From NCBI GenBank assembly GCA_963666485.2, contig CAXXUO010000001.1, forward strand, positions 608,001 to 672,000: 64,000 nucleotides of DNA, read 5' to 3'. The notes under the pieces were generated by a model. The model saw nothing but the letters and a program-made list of their open reading frames with translations, was not told the origin of the DNA and did no database searches. The position numbers were made by a program, and so were the translations under genes. This DNA comes from Syntrophorhabdaceae bacterium. Lineage in GTDB: Bacteria; Desulfobacterota; Syntrophorhabdia; Syntrophorhabdales; Syntrophorhabdaceae. Below, piece by piece: positions 20,950 to 32,598 of the stretch (the stretch's first letter is position 1; every line of letters starts with the position of its first letter).

Positions 20950-21351
20950 TCACCAGACTACGAGAAGGGGCTCGCCCCCAACCTTGTTCTTTTTTGCGTT
21001 TCTGTCGGTCATGATGCCTTTCGACGTCGAAATGACAACGATCCCCGTCCTGCTGCGGAACTTGGGAAGGTCGCCGACGCCGGCATATACACGCCTTCCC
21101 GGCTTGCTGATCGTCTTGAGACCGGTTATGACGCTCTTCGAGTTTTCGTCATAGCTGATATATACCTTGAGGAATTTTTTCCGTGATTCGTCAACGAAGG
21201 TCTTGTAATTTCTCACGTAGCCTTCTTCCTTGAGGATCTTGGATATAGAGAACTTCATATTTGAATAAGGAATGTCTACCGTTTCATGACGGGCAATGAT
21301 GGCGTTCCGTATCCGTGTCATCATGTCTGCTATTGGATCAACCATACCCAT
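20950..21351 (-). CDS. rpsH: 30S ribosomal protein S8
   Basis: DPIADMMTRIRNA, SKPGRRVY, STSKG. Confidence 0.97.
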   Translation of the reverse strand: MGMVDPIADMMTRIRNAIIARHETVDIPYSNMKFSISKILKEEGYVRNYKTFVDESRKKFLKVYISYDENSKSVITGLKTISKPGRRVYAGVGDLPKFRSRTGIVVISTSKGIMTDRNAKKNKVGGEPLLVVW

Positions 21352-21360
21352 AGTACCACC

Positions 21361-21546
21361 TCACCAGCTTGATTTTGTAACACCGGGGATCTCGCCCCTT
21401 AAGGAATACGACCGAAAGCAGACCCTGCACATCTGGAACTTCCTGATAAATGCCCGTGGCCTGCCACAGACTGCGCATCTGTTGCGCACGCGCACTTTGA
21501 ATTTCGGTGCCCTCTTTGTCTTCTCGATCATTGCTTTTCTTGCCAT
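21361..21546 (-). CDS. rpsN: 30S ribosomal protein S14 (Zn-binding type Z)
   Basis: [20 protein letters not shown], 61 aa. Confidence 0.96.
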   Translation of the reverse strand: MARKAMIEKTKRAPKFKVRVRNRCAVCGRPRAFIRKFQMCRVCFRSYSLRGEIPGVTKSSW

Positions 21547-21558
21547 GCGAGTCCTCCA

Positions 21559-22098
21559 CTAACTCCTGAAAGGCATGCCCATGAGCTTCAACAGTTCATG
21601 GCCTTCTTCATCCGTCTTCGCGGTTGTTGTAATGGTAATATTCATTCCCCGGACCTTATCGATCTTGTCGTATTCGATCTCCGGGAATATGATCTGCTCT
21701 TTAAGGCCAAGGGTATAATTGCCGCGGCCGTCGAAGGATTTCGGCGATACACCCTTGAAGTCCCTCACCCTTGGCAGGACGATGGTCACGAGTTTGCGAT
21801 AGAACTCGTACATCCTCTCCCTGCGTAATGTGACCATGCACCCGACCGACATTCCCTCGCGCAGCTTAAAGGATGCTATCGATTTTTTCGCCTTCGTAAT
21901 GACCGGCTTCTGGCCTGTGATGGCTTTTACGTCGCCTGACGCTGCGTCAAGCGCCTTGATGTTCTGGAGCGCCTCGCCAAGGCCTATATTCAAAGTGATC
22001 TTCACGATCTTGGGCACTTCCATGACGTTCTTGTACTGAAAACGCCGCATAAGGGCCGATTTGACTTCTTTTTCGTAAAATTCGCTAAAATTCTCCAA
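21559..22098 (-). CDS. rplE: 50S ribosomal protein L5
   Basis: ITGQKP, PRVRDF, FDGRGNY, FPEIEYD. Confidence 0.97.
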   Translation of the reverse strand: MENFSEFYEKEVKSALMRRFQYKNVMEVPKIVKITLNIGLGEALQNIKALDAASGDVKAITGQKPVITKAKKSIASFKLREGMSVGCMVTLRRERMYEFYRKLVTIVLPRVRDFKGVSPKSFDGRGNYTLGLKEQIIFPEIEYDKIDKVRGMNITITTTAKTDEEGHELLKLMGMPFRS

Positions 22099-22112
22099 CG
22101 ACCGCCTCCCGC

Positions 22113-22436
22113 TTACTTATCAATGACCTCGTCACACTTCTTGCAGAAACGGACCTTCTTGCCGTCTTCCAGGACCTTCTTCCCTGTCCGCACCGGCTTT
22201 GCACATTTCTCGCAATAGATCATGACGTTCGAGACATGGATCGAGCTTTCTTTCTCCATGATGCCGCCCTTTGCCTTCTGGCTCGGCCGGACATGCTTCT
22301 TCACCATGTTGACCTTTTCCACGATCAGTCTGTCTTTTTTCTTGTTTATCCTGAGGACCTTGCCGGTCTTTCCTTTGTCTTTCCCGGTTGTCACCATGAC
22401 CAGGTCGTTCTTCTTGACGTGATAGAGTTTTTCCAT
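22113..22436 (-). CDS. rplX: 50S ribosomal protein L24
   Basis: KOW motif [16 protein letters not shown]. Confidence 0.96.
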   Translation of the reverse strand: MEKLYHVKKNDLVMVTTGKDKGKTGKVLRINKKKDRLIVEKVNMVKKHVRPSQKAKGGIMEKESSIHVSNVMIYCEKCAKPVRTGKKVLEDGKKVRFCKKCDEVIDK

Positions 22437-22443
22437 ATTTACC

Positions 22444-22812
22444 TCACACAACCTCAGGTGCCAGCGAAACGATCTTCATGAACCTCTTGGCCCTGAGTTC
22501 CCGTGCTACGGGGCCGAAGATGCGCGTTCCGACAGGTTCATTGTACTGGTTTATTATGACCGCCGAGTTGTCGTCGAACTTTACGTAGGAGCCGTCATTC
22601 CGGCGGATCTCTTTTTTCGTCCTGACGATAACGGCCTTGACCACTTCACCTTTCTTCACCTTGGAGTTCGGGATGACCTCTTTCACGGATGCGACGATAA
22701 TATCGCCCACTGTCCCATACCGTTTCCGCGACCCGCCGAGGACCTTGATGCAGCCAAGTTTCTTTGCACCGGAATTGTCGGCAACTTCGAGTTTAGATCT
22801 CTCCTGAATCAT
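22444..22812 (-). CDS. rplN: 50S ribosomal protein L14
   Basis: [29 protein letters not shown]. Confidence 0.98.
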   Translation of the reverse strand: MIQERSKLEVADNSGAKKLGCIKVLGGSRKRYGTVGDIIVASVKEVIPNSKVKKGEVVKAVIVRTKKEIRRNDGSYVKFDDNSAVIINQYNEPVGTRIFGPVARELRAKRFMKIVSLAPEVV

Positions 22813-23101
22813 GCGCCACCTCGTTCTTGACCAAGAAAAGTTCCTCGTGCCTGACAACCTCTTTCACGAGCCAGCGTTTATCTTTGGAGAGAGGTCTTGT
22901 CTCGACGATCAACACCCTGTCGCCCGTCTTGCTGGAATTATTCTCGTCATGTGCTTTATATCTGAGTTTCCTTTTGATGAACTTGTGGTATTTCGGGTGT
23001 TTGAGGAATTTCTCAACCTCAACCACGACCGTTTTATCCATTTTGTCCTTGATGACCCTTCCGACCATCTTTCGCTTGCTTATTTCACGTTTGGCTTCCA
23101 T
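22793..23101 (-). CDS. rpsQ: 30S ribosomal protein S17
   Basis: [24 protein letters not shown]. Confidence 0.97.
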   Translation of the reverse strand: MEAKREISKRKMVGRVIKDKMDKTVVVEVEKFLKHPKYHKFIKRKLRYKAHDENNSSKTGDRVLIVETRPLSKDKRWLVKEVVRHEELFLVKNEVAHDSGEI

Positions 23102-23119
23102 GGGAACCTCTTTAAGCAT

Positions 23120-23305
23120 TTATTCCTTTGCGCTCAAGACGGTTTCTATCCTGGCGACATCTTTCTTTAAGGTATTCATACGTGCCGTATTCTCGAGCTG
23201 GCCGGTAGAATGCTGAAATCTCAAGTTAAAGAGCTCTTCCTTGATGTCTTTCCTCTTCTTGAGCAGCTCTTCCTTCGTCAATTCCTTGAAGTCTTTCGCT
23301 TTCAT
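23120..23305 (-). CDS. rpmC: 50S ribosomal protein L29
   Basis: [14 protein letters not shown]. Confidence 0.96.
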   Translation of the reverse strand: MKAKDFKELTKEELLKKRKDIKEELFNLRFQHSTGQLENTARMNTLKKDVARIETVLSAKE

Positions 23306-23718
23306 TGGTCCTCGCTCCGTGCTATGAACTTGGTGCCGATGGGAAGTTTAAAGGAAGCAATTCTCATTGCCTCGCGGGCCTTGTCCTCGGGAACACCTGT
23401 GATCTCGTAGAGGACCCTGCCGGGCTTTACGACGGCAACCCACCCTTCGTTCGGGCCTTTTCCCTTGCCCATCCGTGTTTCAGCCGGTTTCTTCGTTATC
23501 GGTTTGTCGGGGAATACCCTGATCCAGACCTTACCGGTCCTTTTGACGTATCTCGTAAGGGCGATACGTGCTGCTTCGATCTGGCGGGACGTGATCCATC
23601 CGCCTTCCGTGGCCTGGAGACCGAAGTCCCCGAAACTGACCACATTGCCGCGCTGCGCGACGCCCTTCAGGGTACCTTTCATAACTTTTCTATATCTTAC
23701 CCTTTTTGGTGCAAGCAT
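23302..23718 (-). CDS. rplP: 50S ribosomal protein L16
   Basis: [24 protein letters not shown]. Confidence 0.98.
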   Translation of the reverse strand: MLAPKRVRYRKVMKGTLKGVAQRGNVVSFGDFGLQATEGGWITSRQIEAARIALTRYVKRTGKVWIRVFPDKPITKKPAETRMGKGKGPNEGWVAVVKPGRVLYEITGVPEDKAREAMRIASFKLPIGTKFIARSEDQ

Positions 23719-24362
23719 TACCGAGCCTCCTGAAAAACTTCTCCTTTAAATATCCAAACCTTAATGCCGATCACGCCGTATTTCGTGGTGGCCCTGGCGT
23801 AACCGTAATCAATGTCAGCACGAATCGTCTGCAGGGGCACTCTGCCCTCGCGGTACCATTCCGTTCTCGCCATTTCAGCACCGCCGAGCCGCCCGGCGCA
23901 CATCGCCTTGATGCCCTTGGCGCCAAATTTCAGGGACTGCTGGACATTCTTCTTCATCGCCCGCCTGAATGAGACCCTCCGCTCGATCTGCAAAGCAACA
24001 TTCTCCGCGACGAGCTGGGCATCGGTTTCCGGTCTTTTCACCTCTGTTATATTGAGGATGACCTCTTTATCGGTGATCCTCTGCAGTTCCCTTTTGAGGT
24101 TCTCGACTTCTGCCCCTTTACGCCCGATGACAAGGCCCGGCCGTGATGTGTGGATGTTTATTTTGGCCCTTTTGTCCTTGTTTGCCGCGCGTTCGATCTC
24201 TATCTTCGAAATCCCGGCCTGATAGAGCTTCTTCTTCAAGAATTTCTTGATGATGAGATCTTCGTGCAGGAACTTCGCATAGTTGCGGGCTGCGAACCAT
24301 TTTGAATCCCAGGTCTTGATGACCCCGAGTCTGAAACCGAAAGGGTTAACTTTCTGACCCAT
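23718..24362 (-). CDS. rpsC: 30S ribosomal protein S3
   Basis: [30 protein letters not shown]. Confidence 0.98.
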   Translation of the reverse strand: MGQKVNPFGFRLGVIKTWDSKWFAARNYAKFLHEDLIIKKFLKKKLYQAGISKIEIERAANKDKRAKINIHTSRPGLVIGRKGAEVENLKRELQRITDKEVILNITEVKRPETDAQLVAENVALQIERRVSFRRAMKKNVQQSLKFGAKGIKAMCAGRLGGAEMARTEWYREGRVPLQTIRADIDYGYARATTKYGVIGIKVWIFKGEVFQEAR

Positions 24363-24378
24363 TTAACCTCCAAAAAGT

Positions 24379-24711
24379 CTATGCTTCATCCAGGATGAGC
24401 GTGATATGGCTTAGTCTTTTGCGTATTTTTGTAGCACGGCCCATGGCGCGCGGCATGAACCGCTTCATTATCGGGCCGCCGTCAACCATGACGTTCTTGA
24501 CGTAAAGGTTGTCTATATCCACGTACTTTTTCTGCCGGGCATTGGCTATTGCGCTGTCGAGGAGCTTCTTCAAAATAAAGGCGCCTTTCTGCGGCATGTA
24601 GGTCAAAAGCCCCGATGCGTCGTTGACGTTCTTCTGCTTGATGAGGTCAGCGACGATCCGCACCTTTCTTGGTGATATGTGTATCATTCGAGTTTTCGCC
24701 TTGATCTCCAT
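24379..24711 (-). CDS. rplV: 50S ribosomal protein L22
   Basis: SPRKVR, SAIANA, PRAMGRA, SHIT. Confidence 0.97.
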   Translation of the reverse strand: MEIKAKTRMIHISPRKVRIVADLIKQKNVNDASGLLTYMPQKGAFILKKLLDSAIANARQKKYVDIDNLYVKNVMVDGGPIMKRFMPRAMGRATKIRKRLSHITLILDEA

Positions 24712-24716
24712 AATCA

Positions 24717-25007
24717 TCAATCCTTTTTCTTTGCCACTTTTGACTTTCTATCGCCGGAATGGCTGTGGAATGTCCGCGTGGGCGAGAATTCGCCGAGCTT
24801 ATGGCCGACCATTTCTTCCGTTACGAAAACCGGGATGAACTTCTTGCCATTGTGAACGGCAAATGTAAGCCCCACAAAATCAGGAGTTATCGTCGAGCGG
24901 CGTGACCACGTCTTGATGACCTTCGTGCCTTTGGTTTCCTTCGCCTCATCGACTTTCTTAACTAGCTTTTCTTCAATGAATGGCCCTTTTTTGACGGAAC
25001 GTGCCAC
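24717..25007 (-). CDS. rpsS: 30S ribosomal protein S19
   Basis: [21 protein letters not shown]. Confidence 0.98.
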   Translation of the reverse strand: MARSVKKGPFIEEKLVKKVDEAKETKGTKVIKTWSRRSTITPDFVGLTFAVHNGKKFIPVFVTEEMVGHKLGEFSPTRTFHSHSGDRKSKVAKKKD

Positions 25008-25017
25008 AAAAAACCTC

Positions 25018-25845
25018 CTAACCTCTCAGTTTAATAATAAACTTGTCTGTCCGCTTGTTCTTCCGCGTCTTCTTGCCTTTTGCGAGCTGGCCCCAGGGAG
25101 AACAGGGATGCCTGCCGCCCTTTGACCGGCCTTCGCCGCCGCCTAAGGGGTGATCGACAGGGTTCATCGCGGTGCCGCGGACAGTAGGCCTTACGCCGAG
25201 CCATCTCGGCTTTCCTGCCTTACCGACCGTTATATTCTCGTGATCTATATTGCCCACCTGACCGATAGTGGCCATGCAGACGAGATTGACAAGCCTGACG
25301 CCGCCTGACGGAAGCCTTAAGTGGCCGTAATCGCCTTCTTTCGCAACGATCTGTGCGTAGCTTCCGGCGCTGCGGGCAAGCTGTCCGCCCTTGCCGGGCT
25401 TCATTTCGATGTTATGGACAAAGGTTCCGAGCGGGATGAACTTCAGGGGAAGGGCGTTGCCTTCCTTGATCTCGGTGTCCGGCTTCATGCTGGCGATGAT
25501 CGTATCGCCCGCCTTGACGCCCAGAGGTGCCAGGATGTAGCGTTTCTCACCATCAATGTAGTTGATGAGCGCGATATTTGCTGACCGGTTGGGATCGTAT
25601 TCGATACCGGCGACCTTGCCCAGGATCTCAAACTTGTCGCGCTTGAAATCGATGATACGGAAACGCCTTTTATGTCCGCCGCCAATGTGCCGCGTGGTGA
25701 TCTTTCCGCTGTGATTTCGTCCGCCCGTTTTCTTGATCGGCTTTAAGAGCGATTTCTCCGGCTTGTCCTTTGATATCTCGTCAAAGGTGAGCCCGCTCAT
25801 GAAGCGCCGTCCGGCGGAGGTTGGCTTGTATTCTTTCACGCCCAT
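25018..25845 (-). CDS. rplB: 50S ribosomal protein L2
   Basis: [24 protein letters not shown]. Confidence 0.98.
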   Translation of the reverse strand: MGVKEYKPTSAGRRFMSGLTFDEISKDKPEKSLLKPIKKTGGRNHSGKITTRHIGGGHKRRFRIIDFKRDKFEILGKVAGIEYDPNRSANIALINYIDGEKRYILAPLGVKAGDTIIASMKPDTEIKEGNALPLKFIPLGTFVHNIEMKPGKGGQLARSAGSYAQIVAKEGDYGHLRLPSGGVRLVNLVCMATIGQVGNIDHENITVGKAGKPRWLGVRPTVRGTAMNPVDHPLGGGEGRSKGGRHPCSPWGQLAKGKKTRKNKRTDKFIIKLRG

Positions 25846-26132
25846 TACGCACCCTCAAAAATCGTGATTTTGTCCTTCGGACTTAACTTTACGATGGCCT
25901 TTTTCCAGTCTGACCTTTTGCCCGCGTAGCGTCCGAGGCGTTTTTTCTTCCCTTCCATGTTCTGGACATGGACGTCTATTACCTTGACCTTGAAAAGCTT
26001 TTCGACCGCTTTGCGGATCTCTATCTTGTTCGCGCTCCGCAGGACCTCGAAGACGTACTGGTTCCCCGTTTCCTTCACGAGCGTGCTTTTCTCGGTAATG
26101 ATCGGCCTTAAGATGATGTCATATTCGTTCAT
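25845..26132 (-). CDS. rplW: 50S ribosomal protein L23
   Basis: PIITEKS, ANKIEI..AVE, WKKAIV. Confidence 0.97.
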   Translation of the reverse strand: MNEYDIILRPIITEKSTLVKETGNQYVFEVLRSANKIEIRKAVEKLFKVKVIDVHVQNMEGKKKRLGRYAGKRSDWKKAIVKLSPKDKITIFEGA

Positions 26133-26752
26133 GATGCCAGCACCTCTTCTACTTTCTTAACCGCATCGACCGTCATGATGAGCTGCTCGTAGCGGATCAC
26201 GTCATAAACATTCAGCCCTTCGACCCTGAGCACTTTCACGTACGGGATGTTCCGCGCGGATTTCTCGACTGTCTCATCTTTCTTGTCTATGATGAACAAG
26301 GGCTTTGTCAGTCCCAGTGTCGTGACGATCCCGAAAAATTTCTTCGTGCTGATGTCGGTAAATTCAAGTTTATCGAGGACCTTCATGGCCGCGCCGGTAT
26401 TGCGCACGGTAAGAGCAGATCTGAGCGCGCTCCTGCGCACCTTCTTTGGTACCGAGTAGCTGTAATCCCTCGGCTGGGGGCCGAATATCGTACCGCCCCC
26501 GACCATGACCGGTGAACGGGATGAGCCGCGCCGCGCCTGGCCGGTGCCTTTCTGCTTGTAGGGTTTGCGCCCGCCGCCGGAGACCTCGGACCGCCCTTTT
26601 GTCTTCGCGGTCCCTCTTCTGCGGCTCGCAAGCTGCATCTTGACCACATCATGGATGAGATGCTGTTTCACCTCACAGTTGAAGATCTCGTCCTTGATCT
26701 CGAGTTCTCCGACCTTTGCTCCCTCTATGTTCAATATATCTGTAACCGCCAT
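26129..26752 (-). CDS. rplD: 50S ribosomal protein L4
   Basis: RRGTAKTKGRSEVSGGGRKPYKQKGTGQAR, FGPQPRDY, RNIP. Confidence 0.97.
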   Translation of the reverse strand: MAVTDILNIEGAKVGELEIKDEIFNCEVKQHLIHDVVKMQLASRRRGTAKTKGRSEVSGGGRKPYKQKGTGQARRGSSRSPVMVGGGTIFGPQPRDYSYSVPKKVRRSALRSALTVRNTGAAMKVLDKLEFTDISTKKFFGIVTTLGLTKPLFIIDKKDETVEKSARNIPYVKVLRVEGLNVYDVIRYEQLIMTVDAVKKVEEVLAS

Positions 26753-26762
26753 AACCTTACTC

Positions 26763-27068
26763 CTAGGATTTGATCTCCACATCGACGCCGGCTGCCAGTT
26801 CGAGCTTCATAAGGGCATCAACCGTCTGCTGGGTAGGATCAACGATGTCCATCAACCGTTTGTGTGTACGGATCTCAAACTGTTCCCGTGATTTTTTATC
26901 GATGTGCGGCGATCTCAAGACTGTGAATTTTTGTATTCTCGTGGGGAGCGGAACAGGCCCGATGACCTGCGCCCCTGTCTTTTTGGCTGCATCGACGATC
27001 TCTTTGACAGACTGATCGAGCAGTCTGTGATCAAATGCTTTCAGGCATATCCTGATTCTCTGCCGCAT
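26763..27068 (-). CDS. rpsJ: 30S ribosomal protein S10
   Basis: [29 protein letters not shown]. Confidence 0.98.
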   Translation of the reverse strand: MRQRIRICLKAFDHRLLDQSVKEIVDAAKKTGAQVIGPVPLPTRIQKFTVLRSPHIDKKSREQFEIRTHKRLMDIVDPTQQTVDALMKLELAAGVDVEIKS

Positions 27069-27080
27069 TGTAATTCCCCT

Positions 27081-28280
27081 TTATTCGATTATCTCGGTGA
27101 CGACGCCGGCACCGACCGTCTTGCCGCCCTCGCGGATGGCAAACCTCAGCTCCTTCTCGAGCGCGATGGGTGTGACGAGCTCAACGGAGAGCGTCACGTT
27201 GTCGCCGGGCATGACCATCTCGACGCCGTCGGGGAGCTTCGCCACGCCGGTGACGTCCGTTGTCCGCAGGTAGAACTGGGGACGGTAGCCGGAGAAGAAC
27301 GGCGTGTGGCGGCCGCCCTCTTCCTTCGTCAGGATGTAGACCTCGCCCTTGAACTTCGTGTGGGGCGTGATGGAGCCGGGCTTCGCGACGACCTGGCCGC
27401 GCTCGACCTCGTCCTTCTTCGTGCCACGGAGCAGCAGGCCGACGTTGTCGCCCGCCATACCGGAGTCGAGGATCTTTCTGAACATCTCGACGGAGGTGGT
27501 GACGGTCTTCTGGGTGGGACGGAAGCCGATGATCTCGACCTCGTCGCCGGGCTTCACGACGCCCCTCTCTATCCTTCCCGTTACGACCGTGCCGCGGCCG
27601 GAGATCGTGAAGACGTCCTCGACGGGCATGAGGAAGGGCTTGTCCGTGTCGCGGGCGGGCTCGGGTATATAGGAGTCGACCGCATCGAGGAGCTCGTAGA
27701 TGCTCTTGCAGTCAGGGCAGTTCGGGTCCCCGCAGCCGTGCTCCAAGGCCTTTAAGGCCGATCCCTTGATGATGGGGATGTCGTCGCCGGGGAACTCGTA
27801 CTGGGTTAAGAGCTCACGGAGCTCCATCTCGACGAGCTCGATGAGCTCGGGGTCGTCGACCATGTCCGTCTTGTTGAGGTAGACGACCATGGAGGGCACG
27901 CCGACCTGGCGGGCAAGGAGTATGTGCTCACGGGTCTGGGGCATGGGGCCGTCGTTGGCTCCCACGACCAGGATAGCGCCGTCCATCTGGGCGGCACCCG
28001 TGATCATGTTCTTGATATAGTCGGCATGGCCCGGGCAGTCCACGTGCGCGTAGTGGCGGTTGGCCGTCTCGTACTCGACGTGGGCGGTGGCGATCGTGAT
28101 GCCCCTTTCCTTCTCCTCGGGCGCCTTGTCGATCTGGTCGAACGGGATCCACTCGGCCTGGCCCTTGTTCGCGAGGCAGCGGGTGATGGCGCTCGTCAGG
28201 GTGGTCTTCCCGTGATCTATATGGCCGATGGTTCCTATGTTGACATGTGGTTTCGTCCGTTCAAACTTTTTCTTACCCAT
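27081..28280 (-). CDS. tuf: Elongation factor Tu
   Basis: [30 protein letters not shown]. Confidence 0.99.
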   Translation of the reverse strand: MGKKKFERTKPHVNIGTIGHIDHGKTTLTSAITRCLANKGQAEWIPFDQIDKAPEEKERGITIATAHVEYETANRHYAHVDCPGHADYIKNMITGAAQMDGAILVVGANDGPMPQTREHILLARQVGVPSMVVYLNKTDMVDDPELIELVEMELRELLTQYEFPGDDIPIIKGSALKALEHGCGDPNCPDCKSIYELLDAVDSYIPEPARDTDKPFLMPVEDVFTISGRGTVVTGRIERGVVKPGDEVEIIGFRPTQKTVTTSVEMFRKILDSGMAGDNVGLLLRGTKKDEVERGQVVAKPGSITPHTKFKGEVYILTKEEGGRHTPFFSGYRPQFYLRTTDVTGVAKLPDGVEMVMPGDNVTLSVELVTPIALEKELRFAIREGGKTVGAGVVTEIIE

Positions 28281-30351
28281 ACTGGACCTCCGTTGCAAAT
28301 TTATCTTTTCTTTTTAAATTCTCTAATATGTTCGAGGGCACGGGGTGGTAATGGAAAAATTCCATACTTGAATACCCGCGTCCCTGAGTCAGCGAGCGAA
28401 GCTGCGTGGTGTAGCCGAACATCTCGTCGAGCGGGATGTGTGCGAGGATGTGCTTGAAACCGTTCCTTTCATCGACCTCGAGGACCCTTCCCCTCCGGGA
28501 CGTGGCATCACCGATCACGGCACCCATCGCCTCCTGGGGTGAATGGATGTCAACCTTCATGATAGGTTCGAGGACGACAGGGTTCGCCCGGTGGACGGCC
28601 TCTTTCACCGCGATGGAACCGGCCATCTTGAATGCGAGTTCCGAAGAATCGACATCGTGGTATGACCCGTCTACAAGCTCGACCTTTACGTTGATCAGGG
28701 GATAACCGAGGTAGATGCCTTTTTCGAGGGCTTCCCGGATCCCTGTTTCGACGCTGCTGATATATTCCCTCGGGATTGCGCCGCCGATGATCTTGTTCTC
28801 AAAGATGAAATCGGCGCCGTCATGGGGTTCGATATTAATGACAACGTGGCCGTACTGACCGCGGCCGCCGGACTGCTTGATATATTTGCCGACCGAAGAT
28901 GCATGCCTCGTTATCGTTTCGCGATAGGCGACCTGCGGCGGCGATGTGACCATGTCGAGGTTGTGCTCCCTCTTCGCGCGGTCCATGATGATCTCCAAAT
29001 GGAGCTCGCCCATTCCGGACAATATGACCTCGCCCGTTTCGCTATCGAGCTTGACGGTCAAGGAGGGATCTTCGACAGTATACTTATTGAAGACGAGCCA
29101 CATTTTTTTCAGGTCGTCTTTCTTTTTCGGTGTTATGGCGCACGATAGAACAGGTGTCGGGATCTCGATGGTCTCGAAGACAACGTCGTGGCCCGCGGAT
29201 GAAAGGGTATCGCCTGTAACGGCGCCCTTCAAACCGACGATCGCGCAGATGTCGCCTGCCCTGACCTTTTTCACATCTTCACGTTTATTCGCGTGCAGGC
29301 GGATTATCCTGCCAACCCTTTCGGTTTTGTCCCGTGACGTATTGGTGACGACGTCGCCTGCATTGATCTCGCCCGAGTAAACGCGCACGTAGCTTAAGTG
29401 GCCGACGAAAGGATCGGTCATTATCTTGAATACCAGCGCGCTCATGGGTTCGTCGGCAGTGCCGTTGAGGCTGAGCTCTTCGCCGCCGCTCGTCCAGCAC
29501 TGGTACGGGGATACATCATCCGGCGAGGGCAGGTAATCCACGATCGCATCGAGAAGCGGCTGGATGCCTTTATTCTTGAATGCGCTCCCGCACAGGACCG
29601 GAAGGATTGTCCCCTCCAGCGTGCCTTTCCTGATGATCGCCTCTATTTCCATCCTGGTTATTTCTTCGCCGTCGAGATACTTTGCCATAAGCTCATCGTC
29701 GATCTCGGACAGCGTTTCGAACATGGCTACCCTGAGCTCTTCAACCCGGGCTTTATATTCTTCGGGGACCTCTTCATCCGCGCAGTCAAGGCCGAGATGG
29801 TCCTTATCGTACCTGTTCATTGTCTGTTTAATGATATCGACGACGCCGATAAACTCGTCGCCGTTCTTGACCGGTATCTGGAGCGCGAGCGGATTTGCCT
29901 TGAGGATGTCCCGCATCATCGCGGTGCATTTATCGAAGTCAGCGCCCGGCCGGTCCATCTTATTGATGAAGCCTATGCGGGGGACGCCGTACCGGTCCGC
30001 CTGGCGCCAGACCGTTTCGGACTGGGGCTCGACGCCTTCAACGCCCGAGAAGAGCGCGACAGCGCCGTCGAGGACGCGCAGGGACCTGCCGACCTCGATC
30101 GTGAAATCTATGTGGCCCGGGGTATCGATGATATTGATGCGGTGGTCGCGCCAGAAGCATGTCGTAGCGGCGGATGTTATCGTGATCCCCCGCTCCTTTT
30201 CCTGCTCCATCCAATCCATCGTTGCCGCGCCGTCATCAACTTCGCCTATCCTGTTGTTGACGCCTGTATAAAAGAGGATCCTTTCCGTTGCAGTCGTCTT
30301 CCCTGCATCGATATGCGCCATGATCCCCACATTTCGTACTCGATTGTTCAT
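28273..30351 (-). CDS. fusA: Elongation factor G (str-operon copy, somewhat divergent)
   Basis: [48 protein letters not shown]. Confidence 0.95.
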   Translation of the reverse strand: MNNRVRNVGIMAHIDAGKTTATERILFYTGVNNRIGEVDDGAATMDWMEQEKERGITITSAATTCFWRDHRINIIDTPGHIDFTIEVGRSLRVLDGAVALFSGVEGVEPQSETVWRQADRYGVPRIGFINKMDRPGADFDKCTAMMRDILKANPLALQIPVKNGDEFIGVVDIIKQTMNRYDKDHLGLDCADEEVPEEYKARVEELRVAMFETLSEIDDELMAKYLDGEEITRMEIEAIIRKGTLEGTILPVLCGSAFKNKGIQPLLDAIVDYLPSPDDVSPYQCWTSGGEELSLNGTADEPMSALVFKIMTDPFVGHLSYVRVYSGEINAGDVVTNTSRDKTERVGRIIRLHANKREDVKKVRAGDICAIVGLKGAVTGDTLSSAGHDVVFETIEIPTPVLSCAITPKKKDDLKKMWLVFNKYTVEDPSLTVKLDSETGEVILSGMGELHLEIIMDRAKREHNLDMVTSPPQVAYRETITRHASSVGKYIKQSGGRGQYGHVVINIEPHDGADFIFENKIIGGAIPREYISSVETGIREALEKGIYLGYPLINVKVELVDGSYHDVDSSELAFKMAGSIAVKEAVHRANPVVLEPIMKVDIHSPQEAMGAVIGDATSRRGRVLEVDERNGFKHILAHIPLDEMFGYTTQLRSLTQGRGYSSMEFFHYHPVPSNILENLKRKDKFATEVQYG

Positions 30352-30361
30352 TGTAAACCTG

Positions 30362-30832
30362 TTACCACCTGTAGTGGGCGAACGCCTTGTTGGCCTCGGC
30401 CATCTTGTGCGTATCTTCCCTCTTCTTGACCGCGCTTCCCTTGTTGTTGTAAGCGTCGATCAATTCGCCCGCCAGCCTCTCCATCATCGTCTTTTCAGAA
30501 CGCGCCCGCGAATAGCGGATAAGCCACCGAATGCCGAGGGAAAGTTTTCTGTTGAGCCTGACTTCTACAGGTACCTGGTAGGTAGCCCCGCCGACACGTC
30601 TCGCCTTGACTTCGATCTCCGGCTTGATGTTGTCGAGGGCCTTGTGGAAAACCTTGAGACCTTCTTCTTTGACTCTTTCCTGAATGAGATCTATCGCTCC
30701 GTACACGATACCGGACGCTATGCTCTTCTTGCCGTCGAGCATGACACAATTGATGAGTCTCTGCACCATCATGTCGTTATACTTCGGATCGGCCGTTTTT
30801 TCCCTTTTGGATATGTGTCCTTTGCGTGGCAT
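30362..30832 (-). CDS. rpsG: 30S ribosomal protein S7
   Basis: [24 protein letters not shown]. Confidence 0.98.
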   Translation of the reverse strand: MPRKGHISKREKTADPKYNDMMVQRLINCVMLDGKKSIASGIVYGAIDLIQERVKEEGLKVFHKALDNIKPEIEVKARRVGGATYQVPVEVRLNRKLSLGIRWLIRYSRARSEKTMMERLAGELIDAYNNKGSAVKKREDTHKMAEANKAFAHYRW

Positions 30833-30851
30833 TTCTTATGCTCCCTCACTC

Positions 30852-31226
30852 TTACTGTTTCGGTTTCTTTGCCCCATACTTGGACCGGCTCTTCTTCCTG
30901 TTCGCAACGCCGCTGGCGTCGAGAGAGCCCCTGATGATGTGATACCTGACGCCCGGTAAGTCTTTGACCCTGCCGCCCCTGATCAGGACAACAGAGTGTT
31001 CCTGCAGGTTGTGGCCGATACCGGGAATGTATGTCGTCACTTCGACACTGTTCGTGAGCCTGACACGGGCAACCTTCCGTAATGCCGAGTTAGGTTTTTT
31101 CGGTGTCGTCGTATAGACCCTTACGCAAACTCCGCGCTTCTGCGGGCAGTTTGTCAAGGCGGGAGACGAGCTCTTCTTTTTGACGGCTTCTCTCCCAAGC
31201 CTCACTAATTGGTTAATAGTAGGCAT
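30852..31226 (-). CDS. rpsL: 30S ribosomal protein S12
   Basis: [28 protein letters not shown]. Confidence 0.99.
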   Translation of the reverse strand: MPTINQLVRLGREAVKKKSSSPALTNCPQKRGVCVRVYTTTPKKPNSALRKVARVRLTNSVEVTTYIPGIGHNLQEHSVVLIRGGRVKDLPGVRYHIIRGSLDASGVANRKKSRSKYGAKKPKQ

Positions 31227-31296
31227 TAATCCCTCCAAAAAAATAATCCCTCAGCATCAAGGGACATAGGTCATCACTTGCGCAAAAACGTTTGCT

Positions 31297-31326
31297 ATAT
31301 TAGCCGATTACTTCTTTTAATGTCAA
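31297..31326 (-). promoter_or_regulatory. Putative sigma70 promoter of the str operon
   Basis: TTGACA-18 nt-TAATAT on the minus strand within an AT-rich intergenic region. Confidence 0.45.
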
Positions 31327-31577
31327 GACTTTTTTGGCGCGGCCAAAGGAAAAAAGAGTGTTTTCCCGGCATCGTGCGGCTTCAAAAAATCGCAAAAAAT
31401 AGCTTTTGAAGGGTTTCCTTGGATCTAAATATTTGCAAGTATTGGATATTATAGTATAAAAAGTTAAAATATTTTTTTTCACAACTGCGGGACCAGGGCG
31501 GGCGGGGATATGACCGTGTCGATGGTTACGAGGCGCCCCGGTCAGGGTGTCGGGCGTCTGTGGCCGCGAAGCCCCTG

Positions 31578-32534
31578 TTATTGCTTGCTTATCAGAAGAT
31601 ATTCGTATTCGTAGATGTCGCCGATGAACTGGCAGATGATCTCCTCGGAATCACTGTAGAGGCCGCGCGACTGAAGGACCGCCTTTACGTAATCATTGAT
31701 ATCGGGAACGATGAAATCGGCAAACGGGCCGCGTTTTACCTGAAAGCCATGGTGGCGCGCTATCGCCTCCAGACAGGAGAATTTAATTGTATATTCGTCG
31801 TGCCCCTTCAGGCGGATCCTTCGCGGGTCACCGGTGGCCGATGCCGCAAAATACGGCTTTATATCAGGAGGCATACGCCATTCGCAGCTGTGCTCCCCGA
31901 TAAAGATATTCGACACCCCCGCCCCGCAGACCTTCTCGAGCATCCGCATCGCACCGATATTCAGGTTGAAGGCCGTGGACGGCCTGTCGAGGCCATACAC
32001 ATCGAAGAAATCACGGACGAGGGCGACGGTCTTGTCAGGCCCGACGGCGCGGTCCACGTCGAGGATGGCCGGGTCGACCTCCGCCAGTACCGGGAAATCC
32101 CCCAGGTTCTCATTGAAAATGACGAACTCGAACGGCGCAAAAAATGCTGGCTCCATCTCAAGCGCATCATTGAGATGATATACAACATCGTGGCCGGCCA
32201 GTGTTTCCTCCTGTTTTTTCAGCAGGGCCGGAGAAATGTCGAGCATGGTCGGCCGTATCCCCGGATTGTTCTTAAGAAGGTCTTTCATCAGGTAGCCGTA
32301 CCCGCCGCCGACCTCCAGGACGTTTTTCATCTGCGAGAGCGGGACCGAGGCACAGAGGAAATGGAAGAGAAGGTCTCCGTACGACGCGTTTTTCTTAAGG
32401 ACCTTTCGGATGGGCGTATTTTCGGGATACAGCGAATTGCTGACGGTAAGCTCCCACCCGAGCGATTCAAGGTCCTGCCTGTGGTAGTCTTCCGTACTGC
32501 TCAGCCGGTACAATTCCTTATTTTCCGTTGACAT
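31578..32534 (-). CDS. Class I SAM-dependent methyltransferase
   Basis: VLEVGGGYG motif I, LDIS, FNENLGDFP. Confidence 0.8.
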   Translation of the reverse strand: MSTENKELYRLSSTEDYHRQDLESLGWELTVSNSLYPENTPIRKVLKKNASYGDLLFHFLCASVPLSQMKNVLEVGGGYGYLMKDLLKNNPGIRPTMLDISPALLKKQEETLAGHDVVYHLNDALEMEPAFFAPFEFVIFNENLGDFPVLAEVDPAILDVDRAVGPDKTVALVRDFFDVYGLDRPSTAFNLNIGAMRMLEKVCGAGVSNIFIGEHSCEWRMPPDIKPYFAASATGDPRRIRLKGHDEYTIKFSCLEAIARHHGFQVKRGPFADFIVPDINDYVKAVLQSRGLYSDSEEIICQFIGDIYEYEYLLISKQ

Positions 32535-32544
32535 GCGCCCTCAC

Positions 32545-32575
32545 AAAAAAGAGCCCCCGGGATTCCCGGGGGCTC
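32545..32575 (-). terminator. Intrinsic terminator of acs
   Basis: GAGCCCCCGGG/CCCGGGGGCTC stem followed by a T tract on the minus strand. Confidence 0.85.
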
Positions 32576-32598
32576 GAATTACCGCTTAAATCCTGGTC

